From the NCBI GenBank assembly GCA_004764695.1, contig SMSO01000033.1:248001-312000 (forward strand): a stretch of DNA of 64,000 nucleotides, in the 5' to 3' direction. Shown here in pieces: positions 42,778 through 54,556 of the stretch. Made by a program: the position numbers and the translations under genes. The first letter of the stretch is position 1. Each line of letters begins with the position of its first letter. The notes beneath the pieces were generated by a model. It saw only the letters and a program-made list of their open reading frames with translations, had not been told where the DNA came from and made no database searches. Source of the DNA: Schizochytrium sp. TIO01. Its lineage: Eukaryota > Protista > Bigyra: Labyrinthulomycetes.

Positions 42778-43701
42778 ATTGAGCAATTATGGCCAGCTTC
42801 ATCAATTGCCCCGATGCCTTTTCTCTTCTTCTGTACACAAATTATGCCAACCAAACGAAGATGCATTGAAGTTGGAGTTTTGCTGTTGCTTGTCTGGTCC
42901 CATCTATCCAATCGAGCAGTCAGCAATACGAATATACTTGGATCCAAGTTGATTCGCGCGCAATTCGCAGTAAGATACTCTTATGAGTTTTGACTAGAAG
43001 ACTCGTACGAGAATGTCGGTTAACAGAAGTTATCACTACGCAATAGTTGTTTGTTAAACATCCTTTTCTACATACTACGTTGAGTTTAGCTCTTGGCTCA
43101 GCTCGTGACTTGGGTTGCGAGTGCCGAGTGTGGGATTCGTACAATCGCGACGAAGACTTGCTCTGCCAGGCACGTTCTGCAGCTGCAAAGAACCTGAAAA
43201 CCTCCTGCGTGGGCCTTTTTTCCAGTGTGATAGGAAGAAACTACTCGTACTCAAGGCCATAGAAAGGATTCTGTCATCTACCATCAAAAGATACAATCTC
43301 GAGATTGTGAGATCTGGAGTGTAAGTTTGTCCTTTTCTTTGAAGATTGCGTAATTATTGGCTATGAAATATAGATACGATAATCTTCAACAAGATTTGAG
43401 AGATCTTGTTTGCGCACTATCTATCAAAGAATGGAAGCTTATTTCCTTTGTAATTTTGAAATGATGGTGCATTCATGAAATGAGTTAGGCCTATCTATGT
43501 AAATAAAACTCATCCTTTTTCTGCTTGTCTGCATTATTTTAGTCAAAACTATGGCATATTTCAGAACGTTTCGATTGCGCGGTTCCATTGCTCGAGAGCG
43601 AGTGCAATACGTGCATCTTCAGCAGCAATAACGAAGTCTTTTCTTTTTTTCAATGATATTAAACGAGGAAAGATCTTATATAACAGAAACTTATGCATAA
43701 A

Positions 43702-45156
43702 TTATTTCTTGGATTGCTTGTCAATGCACTCCCGAAGCGCTTTGGTGAGACGAAGGCACCTCGGATCACGGAAGCCCATAATAGACGTCAAGAGGTTTCC
43801 GTTCTGGGAGTAAGCAAGACCAATCTCGAGTTCTTGGTTCCACACAAATTGGTTTCCTCCGTAACCACCCCAGCCGCAGAATCCCGAGCAGACTTCGTCC
43901 CAGTGAGGTGGCTCAAAGTTGGCAAAACCTCCTTGTGTGTAGGTCGTTTCAAAGCAAAGCATGTGGTCGTACTTTGTAGTGGCTTTGTCATGAGCGGCCT
44001 TGTGGGTATCTTCCGGGAGCAGCTGAGCGCGAGCCATGAGATCTGCGAGCACACCTAGCGAGCGTGAGTTCGTAAGAACGTTAACAGAGCCCATCTCGGC
44101 CGAGATCGTCTCTGGCTGGTTGAACCATTCTGCAGGGTTCGCCACACCATCAAAACTGACGGGGGCGAATGTCTTGGCAGGAGTCTGAGTTGGGTCTCCC
44201 ATTTGAACGACGCGCACCTTATCATCTTTGCGGTTCATGCCCAAAAGGGTCCTGAGATAGTGCCGGGCTATGAATTCTCCAAGAGGGTCGAATTGAAGAA
44301 GCGAAAGACGCTTTCGTTCCTCCTCCGTAGGTTCACCTAAGGCCAATGTGATACCTAGAGGCCCGGTAATTTCCTCGCGGAGCACAACTCCCAAGCTCCG
44401 CTTTGCGGGGTCCGTACGACGGACTAACTCCTGCAGAATGAAGCCACGTGTAAAGGCGTGGTAGATGCGTTCCTTCGGCTCATACCGCTTATCAGTGGCC
44501 CAAATTGGAGCTTGCTCGGCAAGGAAGTCAGCGAGGTCATCCAGTTGATTGCGCTTGGCGAACGCATATGGCAGCTTCGTCTCACCGTCTTCGAAGTAAG
44601 CAAGGCCTGCTTCATGGCGAAGAACGTCTGCCACTGTAATATCTTCCTTGCCATTTTGCGCGAACTCTGGCCAGTACTTGGAAACTTTCTCGTCGTAGTC
44701 AATAAGGCCCTTGGATACTTGATGCGCAATCACGAGAGCAGAGATGTTCTTGGAGACGCTAAAGACCAGCTGGATGGAGTCGCCGTCATATTTGTCACCG
44801 AGGGTGCCTCCGTACAAGTCCACAACCTTCTTTCCCTTATGGTAGACAACGAATTGTGCACCGCGCTCGAATCCCTCGTCAACATTTTGCTGGAAGGCCT
44901 TGCGTACCGCTTCAAATCCCGGTGCCACTTCACCCTCAACCTTGCCTTTGACCACATACTTGCCAATGCCCAGCACCCGAGCCCATAGCGGATGTCTCGG
45001 TCCTCCGAGGCCATAAGACAGAGCCGTAAGCACTACAGCCAGCAGTGCAACCCGCAAGCGGTTAATCTTCCCCGCCACAAGTCCCTGGAGCAGTTCTTTG
45101 ACCAGGATCAGTCTCGTGCCGCCAATGAGGGCAGTCGCAGGGGTAAGAAACGCCAT
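43702..45156 (-). CDS. Beta-lactamase-fold serine hydrolase (family VIII esterase-like), copy 4
   Basis: FSVSKN, LRHEAGL, IYHAFTRG, GWGGYGG. Confidence 0.92.
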   Translation of the reverse strand: MAFLTPATALIGGTRLILVKELLQGLVAGKINRLRVALLAVVLTALSYGLGGPRHPLWARVLGIGKYVVKGKVEGEVAPGFEAVRKAFQQNVDEGFERGAQFVVYHKGKKVVDLYGGTLGDKYDGDSIQLVFSVSKNISALVIAHQVSKGLIDYDEKVSKYWPEFAQNGKEDITVADVLRHEAGLAYFEDGETKLPYAFAKRNQLDDLADFLAEQAPIWATDKRYEPKERIYHAFTRGFILQELVRRTDPAKRSLGVVLREEITGPLGITLALGEPTEEERKRLSLLQFDPLGEFIARHYLRTLLGMNRKDDKVRVVQMGDPTQTPAKTFAPVSFDGVANPAEWFNQPETISAEMGSVNVLTNSRSLGVLADLMARAQLLPEDTHKAAHDKATTKYDHMLCFETTYTQGGFANFEPPHWDEVCSGFCGWGGYGGNQFVWNQELEIGLAYSQNGNLLTSIMGFRDPRCLRLTKALRECIDKQSKK

Positions 45157-45231
45157 TTTAAACCCTCCCTTCGTCTCAGGCCAACGCTAGCTTGATTGGT
45201 ACCTGGCTCCGAGTTTCTCCTCCGTCTTCAA

Positions 45232-45320
<89 letters not shown>
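45232..45320. repeat. (GCTT)n / (AAGC)n microsatellite, about 22 units, just upstream of hydrolase copy 4
   Basis: Read directly from sequence. Confidence 0.95.
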
Positions 45321-46115
45321 CCACCCGTGCGACTCCACGCGTGTCCGTCCTTATCTCGCGACCTCTGCCAGCGATCTCCACGTTTCGGTTTTGCTGCAGC
45401 CACCGGCGAAATCCTGATTTCTTCTGCAGTCCTCCCACTTCCTTCCTTATCCCCAACCGATTTCTGCTTCTTGTTATCTTTCGCTGCTGTCTGGAACTCC
45501 CTCGGCCTCCTCCTTCTCCATCTGTCTCTACAGGCCCTACGCACGAGCCCACGTCAATCAATCAATCAATCAATCAATCAAGCAAGCAAGCAAGCAATCA
45601 AGCACGTAAGCAGGCAGGCAGGCAGGCAGGCACCTGAGTCCTGCTTCTTCTCCAGCTCCAGGTCCTTTCCCACGCCCGCAAGACCGTTCCGGCGTCGTCC
45701 ATCACCACGACGACGAATGCTCGCCAGAATTTCTTCCAATGAATGCCTGCCAGCCATGTCAATCATCAATGCACCAAGCAGCCAATGCGTGCATCGCCAC
45801 GACGGCGACGTTCGACTCGACGTTCTTGGCCTCGACGATGCCGCCCTCCGCCACGCTGTGGACGGCGATGGCGGCACTGCGATGCTGGACTGAGAGAGAG
45901 AAAAAGATCGCTTTTCGAGGGCTGTCTGAGAAAGAGGAGAGATCCGGATCGCTTCTTCTTCTGCCGGAGCGGTTCTTTCTGTCGGTACAATCGATCGCAC
46001 ACCCTCTCAGAGAGAGAGACAGAGAGAGAGAGAGAGCGTATCTTCTTTAGGGGTCCGCGAGGATCCAAACCCCCTTTGTTAGTGGCTAGTTAGTTGCGGG
46101 CGAAGATAACCAACT

Positions 46116-46188
46116 GATCGATTGGCGATCGATGGACGATCGATTGGCGATCGATGGACGATCGATTGGCGATCGATGGACGATCGAT
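46116..46188. repeat. 22-bp tandem repeat x3.3 (GATCGATTGGC-GATCGATGGAC)
   Basis: Three full units plus GATCGAT; each unit is two 11-bp subunits. Confidence 0.9.
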
Positions 46189-49100
46189 CTGCGGCGGTGA
46201 AGGCCCGAGCCAACGCTCCTCGCTTAATCAGCCGGCGTTCCGTGCCAACTTGGATAGGCTCAGAACTGCTGTCTGTCTGGAGATGGAGGGGTCCTAGGGA
46301 GGCTTAGGGAAAGTGGTAGCGAGCGAGGGAGACTGGGAACACCGTGGAGGAGGCCACTCTGAGCCACTTCATCATGAGCCTCGCCGGCAATACGGAAACG
46401 GGTGCTGCTGAAGGACGAAGGGACGATGCGAAACGTTCTTCGCACGGAGACTCGCACTGATCGACTGGCTGGCGCGAACTTGATTGATTGAAAGGAGATG
46501 ACTCACGCGGGGGCATTTGGCGAATTCACCGCTGGGATCTGGCCGCCGATGCGAAACTCGAGATTGACCGGTGATGTGACTCGAGGCTCGTTCAAGTTCA
46601 AGTTATCACACAGGATCTGAGTGGATGCGGAGGGATCAATGCGGAACTTCCCATCTGTGCCTGGTAAAGTCAAGCTTGATTTCAAGGTGAAACTGCTGGG
46701 GTGTAGTACCTATGTTAGGGTCACTCGGAAACTCAGCAACAACAAAAAATTCAGAGATGTTATAGAGCAATCCTGGTTGGGGAACAGGCTTGGGCCGTTC
46801 TTTGGCTATGGCCAATGTTCAAGAAGAGTAAAGCCACGAGATAGTTGCTGGAGTGTCGCCAACGTGGCCAACTCGTCCCTCGGTGGAAGAGCTGTCCAGC
46901 CCGAGATGCACCTGAATCTTTCCAAGCCAACTTCGGGAATAGGATTAAATTCGGGGCTATTCTTGTGGGTTGATTCTCCCTTTTGGTTGGTTGTACGTGC
47001 AATCAGCAGGTAACCTTCCCAGCCAGAGTGTCTTAGTCATCGGGTGATATGGCTGTCTTGCCGATTAATTTCGTGGATACGGAACGAAACCATTTCGCCG
47101 ATGAAGCTAGTTGGGGCCAAGACTCGCAGGTCTCCATATTCTAAGAGCGAAAAAACAGCTAGCTAGATTATGAGACACATAGTTTTCCCACATTAAAGCA
47201 TTGCAACGATGCCCTTCTTCTGTGAGTTGGAACCTCCGTGAATAGCTTTGTTAGAAAATCCTTAGTTTAAAAGCCCTCAACACATGCATAAGAACATGAA
47301 GTGAGTCTTGTAGTGAAGGCGATCATCATTGTCTAGCTCGCTCGCCAGATCTATGCCTATCATCGGGAAAATGCCCGAACAAATTTGATCTTACAGAAAT
47401 AAGGAGTACCGATCCTGCAAAGAATAAAGCATGCTAAATAGGATCTCAAGGGTTATCATCTCGATAATTTATGATATACATCGCCAAACTGACAAGATTA
47501 AGGCAAGCATACAAATGTAACTAGATCAGTTGAGGTGCAAAAGATTGCATGGGCACTACAGAAGAACTCCGTAGCAGTCTGATGACTCTTATTAAACTGG
47601 ATGGTTGAGGAGACGAAGGAGCTCGGCCGCTCCAGAATTAGAAAAGGCGGATTATGCATGATCCAGTCTACCAAATCTGAAATGCCATGGTTCACTCTTT
47701 GGTCAGCAGTTTTCTAACTTAACAACCCTCCCTAGATTTGAACACATTCCATGAAAGTCTTCTGCGACCACCTTGGCATTCGACTCCTGATTAATTTGGT
47801 TTCACTTTTCGCCATTTTTTTTTTAAGTTTTGAGGATCTCTAGGAGACCATGCAAATCTCAGCCTTGGAGTTCAGGGTCCCGGGTCCCCGTGTACACGTA
47901 CACTTACACTGGAAAAACTAAGCATTTATGGCATGAAAGGGCCCTACTTTCGCATTGATTGCAACCTGACACATGTAAATACAGAATGAAATTGCTAACG
48001 CGATTGCAATCAGTTATCGCCTCTACCAAGCTTGGTATCCCAGCCTTGTGTCATTTCTTCCCAACAAAGTGAATATCACTCCCAAACCAAAACGAAGGAT
48101 CCTCAAGGGTTGTGCACTGGAACCTCCAGAACACCACCGAAACCCATTCTAGGCCTGTCGCAACCTACTAACAAATACCTAGAAAATCTTGTTCCGATCT
48201 TCCTCGCAGCCCCCCCAAGCTGCTTTCGCCCAGCTAGGAAGCGTACGTATCATGAAGCCTCGATAAACTAATAAGCCAAAAGAGCGTTTCTTGTTTGCGA
48301 AAGGCTTTTTGGCTGCGAAGACCATGAGTTTGATTGCGCAGCGGCATTTGACGTCGTGGGTATTATTATGCCTGAAATAAAGCTTGGCTTTTGATTATTT
48401 GTTAAAAAGCCACTGTAAAAATTTGTATTTAAAGATAAATAAAATAAATAAATAGTAAAACAAAATAGAATGGTCGAAACGCCAAGTCAACCGAATCTTG
48501 CTGTCCTACGTCGTTCAAGTGTCTCTCGCCCTGAAATACGACGTCCCAGGCGAAGCAAAAGAAAATGAGGTCTCCAGCGCCTCAGACCTGCGTCATAGCT
48601 GCTGCCGTGACGATTCGTAGATTGTCTCGAGATCGCGCCACCGACTGATTATTCGTGTGTATTTAGGGCGTCAGAAGAAACATTTTTAATTTTGTTGTTT
48701 ATAGCAATATCTTTCACAACGCAAACGAAGATATAACTCTGGTGAAGTGCTTGGAGGAAACGAGGAAATGATAGTCTGCCTTCAGATGTTGCTGATTGGA
48801 TGAAAAGACGACTGAGCGATTCCCATGCTCCTTTGAGTTCGTTCCACTTAAAACCTCCGTCGTCATCGTTGTCCATTTCCACGACCGTATCGCATTTCTG
48901 TGTTTTCACAGCGTCTAAAAAGAAAAATGAATGCAAAACTTTAAAGCATTTATTTTAAAAAAAAAATGTTTTTTGCTTTTAAAATATAATATAATATAAT
49001 ATAATATATGTTCAACTACTACCCCAATGTTGATAACTACTTGCCAAATTCGGGCCGTTTTGTGGTTTACCCCAACAAATATGCGCTAACTGAGTTTGAT

Positions 49101-49400
49101 TTGCGTTTGTAGCTACAGCCTTGTTGCATTATTGACCCTTTTAAAATGAAAGTTAAACCCTCACTTTAACTTTATTCACATAGATAGTGCAACAATTTTA
49201 AGTTAAAAAATTATTATTATTATTATATAACAAAACGGTATGATGACCCTAGAAACAAAAAAGAAAAAGCTGGAGAATCCATTCTCCGCCTATGTATCTT
49301 ATTCTGTATTCAGCTGATGAAAAGTTGGAAACGACTATTTCTTTATCTTCAGGCTTCCGCAATCATGAAGCGATGGATGATGGCGACAACAGCAACTAAG

Positions 49401-49432
<32 letters not shown>

Positions 49433-49616
49433 ATCATCATCATCAGCAGCAGCGCGAGAGAAGAAGGCCAGTCCTCAGCGAGTTTCTTTGCGATGATAGT
49501 CTCAGGCACACCTAAAAACATCATTTTTCACCGAGTAGATCAAAAGAATGGAAACATTCATTCATTCTCGAGTGAGTTCTCACTGAAAGCCTTTCTCTTC
49601 AGGCAAACCAGCGAAG

Positions 49617-49820
49617 AAACAAACAAACAAACAAACAAACAAACAAACAAACAAACAAACAAACAAACAAACAAACAAACAAACAAACAAACAAACAAAC
49701 AAACAAACAAACAAACAAACAAACAAACAAACAAACAAACAAACAAACAAACAAACAAACAAACAAACAAACAAACAAACAAACAAACAAACAAACAAAC
49801 AAACAAACAAACAAACAAAC
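49617..49820. repeat. Perfect (AAAC)n microsatellite, about 51 units
   Basis: 204 bp of uninterrupted AAAC. Confidence 0.97.
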
Positions 49821-51853
49821 TGGTCACCCGAGTCCATCACGGTTCACAATTCCAGACATCGATCAGAGATCTTCGAGCTCGACCACGGTTCCTGTCGCGT
49901 TTCCAACTGCTCGACCCCAAAGCCGCAGCTGACCCAGAACTGAAGTGAAAACAAGAATGACAAGACATAAAAAAGCACCGGAGACTGGCGGCTCCAGCAT
50001 CAACTTGAATCAAATATATCTGTGCCGATCGTAGGTATGTACATACTGCCGCTCTTCCACGACAGCGACGATGGCATCCATCGCGACCAAAGCTCTGGAA
50101 GGCCATTCTCACGTGCGGGTGGGTTAAGGGATTCTTCAAGATGTGCTGACTGCATGCAATTGAGCAGCTTTGATTGTCTCGCATGCTGACGTAATGCGAG
50201 CTGACGTCAGCGTGCAACAAGCCATGCTCGAGACGTGCCGAGGCCTCGACTCCGTGCCGCCTTGGAGCTCCAGCTGCCCCTTCTTCAAGGCCAGGGCAGC
50301 AGCTGGCACTCGCGGAGTGCATGTCCAAGTGCATGTTCTCCATGCCGTTGGCGTTGGGCACACCAAAGTTTGGCTATGGTCTGATGTGATTGATAACCAA
50401 AAGTCAGAGCCGGAAAGGCTTTCTTTCCTTCATTGCACGCACCACAAAGGATCATCGAAAGCGGCAGCGAAGCAGGCAATGGATCAATAAGTACCCTCGC
50501 GTGCATCGAATGAATGTCTACCGTCAAAGCTGCTCCGTTCAGGCCCGCAGCCGCATCTTTCGGTCCAGTTTACAGCTTGCTGAGCCCCGAAGACTCGGGT
50601 CTCGCCGCCTCAAAGTAAGCAACCGAGTCCACAACGGACTTGAACCTCATCAGCTGCAACTTCAGGCTCATCTCCAAGTCCAAGTCCAAGTCCAAGTCCA
50701 ACTTATCAAAAAACCTCAGTTCAGCCCTAACGTCAACCCCAACCTCAACTTCAAGATAGATCAACTTCTTCGAGCGAGCTCGTTGTCGATTTTCTTGGGC
50801 CTCCGCTCACGATTTCTCATTTCCTCCAGAATTCCTGTGATTTCTCTCTCTGTGTAAACTGGTTTCTCTCAGTGAGTTCATCTTCGATCGATCCTCTTTC
50901 TTCTGTCTCAGGTAGGTACTTAGTACCTACCTAACTGTCTCTAGCATACCTGGGCTAGGAGGTACTAAGCGAGTGCTAGCAGCGCCTTCGGAAACTCATT
51001 TTCCAGTGTCTTTTGAAAGAAAGATTAAAATAAAAGGGGAAGAAAGTTGACGAATGTAATTTTTATGAATGAAATGAAAAACAGAGATCCTTTCTTCATA
51101 AAAAGTTCGAGATGAAAACTGTATGTGTGAACCGTCAGAATCATAGCGGCTCTTGCCACCAACGCCAGTGCATTGGGCGGAGTACGCAAAGGAGGGGGGG
51201 GGGTTGTAGGTGGCCAGGCAATCAGGAAATGTGAAGTTTGCGTCGAAGTCCGAAAGAAAGGATCTGCTGGAGGTCTTTCCTTAAATTGGGAAAGGGATTA
51301 CACCACTGTCGTCCCTCAGTCATTAGAGGGTTCGTTGTATCTCTTTCTTTATTAAAAAAAAAAAAAAATTAATCGAAAAAATAATTTCAAAATGTTATAT
51401 ATGTTATAGGCATATATGTATTTAATAACTTGAACAAGAAAGAAAGAAATGAAGATAGAAATGAAATCGAAGGGGAGGAGGTACTGTTACTGGTATGTTA
51501 ATGGTAAAAGGTAGACATGGAAAGTACTTTCTTTCAGATTTTGTTTTTTAAAGTTTAAAAATTAAATATTAAGTAATACAACTTGAATGAAAGGGAATGA
51601 AATATTCTTATTTGTCGATGAAGGTTGATTACAAAACCTCTGGCGAAGTATAAGAAGAAGCAGGTATAGCAGCAAACTCTGTACTCAGATCGCGCACGAA
51701 CGTCTTGCGCCAAACGATCGTGAGCCTATTGCGGCTCCGCCTCATCCAGTTTCTACACCTAGTTCCTTAGCGGCTCACGCTTACGTCAGCTCGCTATCTC
51801 GCAATCTATCTTGATTGCAGTTCGCAGATCAGCTCACTCCAGAATAAGAAACC

Positions 51854-53860
51854 ATGCCCACCGGCAAGAGCGCCACCACCTTTGAGGTTCCGGGCACTGC
51901 TCGTCCTGACCTTGGCTTTGGTCCCATTCGTCGCTCAGATATCGGCGCTGGACCTAAATTGAGTGTTGATGGCTACCTCACTCTTTACGAGCTTGTGGAG
52001 CATGCAGCTTTGACTTACCCCGAAAAAGACTGCCTTGGATACCGCACCAAGGGTCCCAATGGAGAGCTCGGCGACTTCGTGTGGTGCACATACAAGGAAA
52101 TGTTCGAGCGTAGCCACAACTTTGGCTCTGGAATTGCCAATGCGAAATTGTGCCCTCCTAACTCGGACGGCCTCAAGCTGCTCGGTTTCTTCGGCAAGAA
52201 CCGCCCTGAGTGGATCATCGGCGATGTTGGCTGCTACTCCCAAGGTGTGGTCCCTGTGCCCATGTACGATACCCTTGGAGCCGACAGCGTTGAGTATGTC
52301 GTGCGTCAGACAGAGCTCAAGACCATCTTCTGTACTTCTGCAGAACTTGACCGGGTTCTCGATGTAGCGTCTAAGGGCCTCATTGAAGGCATCGTGCTCA
52401 TGGACGGTGCCGAGTTATCTCAAAGTACCTTGTCCAGCTCTCGCGAGGCCGCTTCTGCACAGGGGTGCAAGTTGTACACGATCCAGGAGATTGAAGACAG
52501 TGGTCGCAAGAGCCCTGCGCAGCTCCACCTGCCAAGTGGCAAGGATATGGCCTTCTTCTGCTACACCAGTGGCACCACAGGCGACCCCAAGGGTGCCATC
52601 ATTCGCCACGAGGGTCTTGTGAGCTGCATCGCTGGCTTCGCTGACTTTGGAATTAAGCTTGACGAGAACGACATTCACCTCTCCTACCTCCCGCTGCCGC
52701 ATGTTTTCGAGCGTGGTATGATCTACGCCGCTCTCTATGGAGGCAGTGCCGTTGGTTTCTTCAACGGAGACACTCAGCGCATCGTTGAGGATCTCGTGGC
52801 TCTTCGCCCGACCTTTTTCCCGTCTGTGCCCAGATTGCTTAACCGCATTTACGATAAGCTCCTTGCTGGTGTTGAAGAGGCTGGTGGCATGAAGAAGTGG
52901 CTCTTCGACAAGGCTCTCGCTGCCAAAATCGCAGGTTTGCGCCAAGGCACCGTTAAGCACCCCGTTTGGGACCCTCTCGTATTTAAGGCCGTCAAGGCCA
53001 AGGTTGGTCTTGACCGCGTTCGTATGATGTGCACTGGATCTGCTCCGATTGCCTCGCACGTACTTGATTTTCTGCGTGCTGTCTTTGGATGCCCCGTCAT
53101 TGAGGGCTATGGCCAAACCGAGTCGTCCGTGACCATCACTGCTGCCATGAGCGACGATTTGACCCTTGGCCACGTGGGCATTCCTGTGCCTTGCAATGAC
53201 CTGCGTCTTCAGAGCGTACCCGAGATGGGATACTTGTACACTGACACCGAGCACAACGGAGAAGCTTGCTTTGGACGTGGTGAAATTTGCTTTCGCGGTC
53301 CTAACGTGTTCTCTGAGTACTACAAGATGCCGGAGAAGACTGCCGAAACCATCGATGCTGATGGCTGGGTCCACACTGGTGACATTGGCCTCTTTACCAA
53401 GGAAGGCAAGCTCCGTATCATTGACCGTAAGAAGAACATCTTCAAGCTTGCCCAGGGCGAGTATGTTGCAGCTGAGAAGATTGAGAACATCCTTCTCCGT
53501 TCTCCTCTTGCTGCTCAGATCTTTGTATATGGCGATTCTCTTCAGAGTTGCCTTGTTGCCATTGTTGTGCCTGATGCAGATACTTTGAAGATGCGTGGTA
53601 TGGATGTGGCATCCCCTGCCACCAAGAAGGCCATCTTTGACTCCTTTATTGAGCAGGCCAAGAAGAACCAGCTTAACGGATTTGAGATCCCCAAGCTCAT
53701 CCACGTCTGTCCTCAGGAGTTCAGCGCCTTGCCAGTCCGCGATGGCATTGACACTGTGCTTACCCCAACTTTCAAGCTCGTCCGCAACAAGGCCCGCGAC
53801 TACTTCCGTCCCGAGATTGACGCCATGTACGAGGAAATCAACTCTAAGGCCAAGCTTTAA
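51854..53860 (+). CDS. Long-chain fatty acyl-CoA synthetase (ACSL/LACS type), probably peroxisomal
   Basis: CYTSGTTGDPKG, SYLPLPHVFER, EGYGQTE, RGEICFRGPNVF, GWVHTGDIG, IIDRKKNIFKLAQGEYVA, LTPTFK; C-terminal -AKL (PTS1). Confidence 0.96.
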   Translation: MPTGKSATTFEVPGTARPDLGFGPIRRSDIGAGPKLSVDGYLTLYELVEHAALTYPEKDCLGYRTKGPNGELGDFVWCTYKEMFERSHNFGSGIANAKLCPPNSDGLKLLGFFGKNRPEWIIGDVGCYSQGVVPVPMYDTLGADSVEYVVRQTELKTIFCTSAELDRVLDVASKGLIEGIVLMDGAELSQSTLSSSREAASAQGCKLYTIQEIEDSGRKSPAQLHLPSGKDMAFFCYTSGTTGDPKGAIIRHEGLVSCIAGFADFGIKLDENDIHLSYLPLPHVFERGMIYAALYGGSAVGFFNGDTQRIVEDLVALRPTFFPSVPRLLNRIYDKLLAGVEEAGGMKKWLFDKALAAKIAGLRQGTVKHPVWDPLVFKAVKAKVGLDRVRMMCTGSAPIASHVLDFLRAVFGCPVIEGYGQTESSVTITAAMSDDLTLGHVGIPVPCNDLRLQSVPEMGYLYTDTEHNGEACFGRGEICFRGPNVFSEYYKMPEKTAETIDADGWVHTGDIGLFTKEGKLRIIDRKKNIFKLAQGEYVAAEKIENILLRSPLAAQIFVYGDSLQSCLVAIVVPDADTLKMRGMDVASPATKKAIFDSFIEQAKKNQLNGFEIPKLIHVCPQEFSALPVRDGIDTVLTPTFKLVRNKARDYFRPEIDAMYEEINSKAKL

Positions 53861-54556
53861 GCCGAATACTCTGGATTGCGCTCTCTCTGGGCATGTAGGT
53901 ATCCTCGTTCTGTGACAACGACAGAGCGCGAAGACAACGACAAGGCCAAGAGAACCAACAACCCTTGACATCAACATCGTTATTTGCTTTTTCATTTATG
54001 AATCAAATTTACCAAAATTTCATCAAAACTTCTGTAGCGCTGTGCAACTGTCCAAACTCCACTTTTCGAAGTAATTACTATTTTGAGTTTATAACGATCT
54101 CGCAAAGGAAAATATGAGCTGCTGCATTAAATGAGAGAGGAAAACAACATGATAACGAGAACAAATAGAAAGAATTCACGAATGTATTAATCTCTAACCA
54201 GTTAAAATTTCCTGTTGAGTGCAGAACGATATAGTGCCGTGTATCGTTGAAAAAAAAAAAAAAACGAGGCATTGCACTCTTCGCTAGCCTGCCTTCCTTC
54301 CTTTCTTCCTTTCTTCCTTTCTTCCTGATTATTGATTTTTGTGTGTAACGTAGATAAAAAGGATTTTGCGTAAAGGAGCTTCCTTGAAAATGTGATCAGC
54401 ATTTGGTGTTACATTATTGATATACCGCTGCAGCTGCGCTATACTGTTTTGTTGACTTGCGCAGTCATCCTTTTAGCTCGCCACCTGCGAGTACTTGGTA
54501 ACTGAGGAAACTTTGCAGCAGCGAATGCAGGTACGTGCTAAACCTCGTATCGGCGT

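Noticed and set aside
36789-45156. Calling the four genes true beta-lactamases or DD-peptidases for peptidoglycan/D-amino-acid salvage
   Set aside because: The third motif is WGG, not KTG/HTG, which favours esterases; activity cannot be assigned from sequence.
45578-46000. Minus ORF containing SLEEILASIRR, reminiscent of the PopZ N-terminal motif
   Set aside because: Short match in a repeat-laden frame that runs into microsatellite; no other support.
46116-46188. Regular short repeats resembling a CRISPR array (also 2530-2600, 16243-16385)
   Set aside because: No unique spacers, no cas genes, eukaryotic context.
49493-49948. ORFs with (TNKQ)n / (FVCL)n, and (LACL)n / (QASK)n ORFs at 45176-45893
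   Set aside because: Translations of tetranucleotide microsatellites.
52415-53995. 526-aa minus ORF overlapping ACSL (similarly 6813-7556, 24993-25637, 63323-63991)
   Set aside because: Antisense open frames produced by codon bias in well-conserved genes; no motifs.
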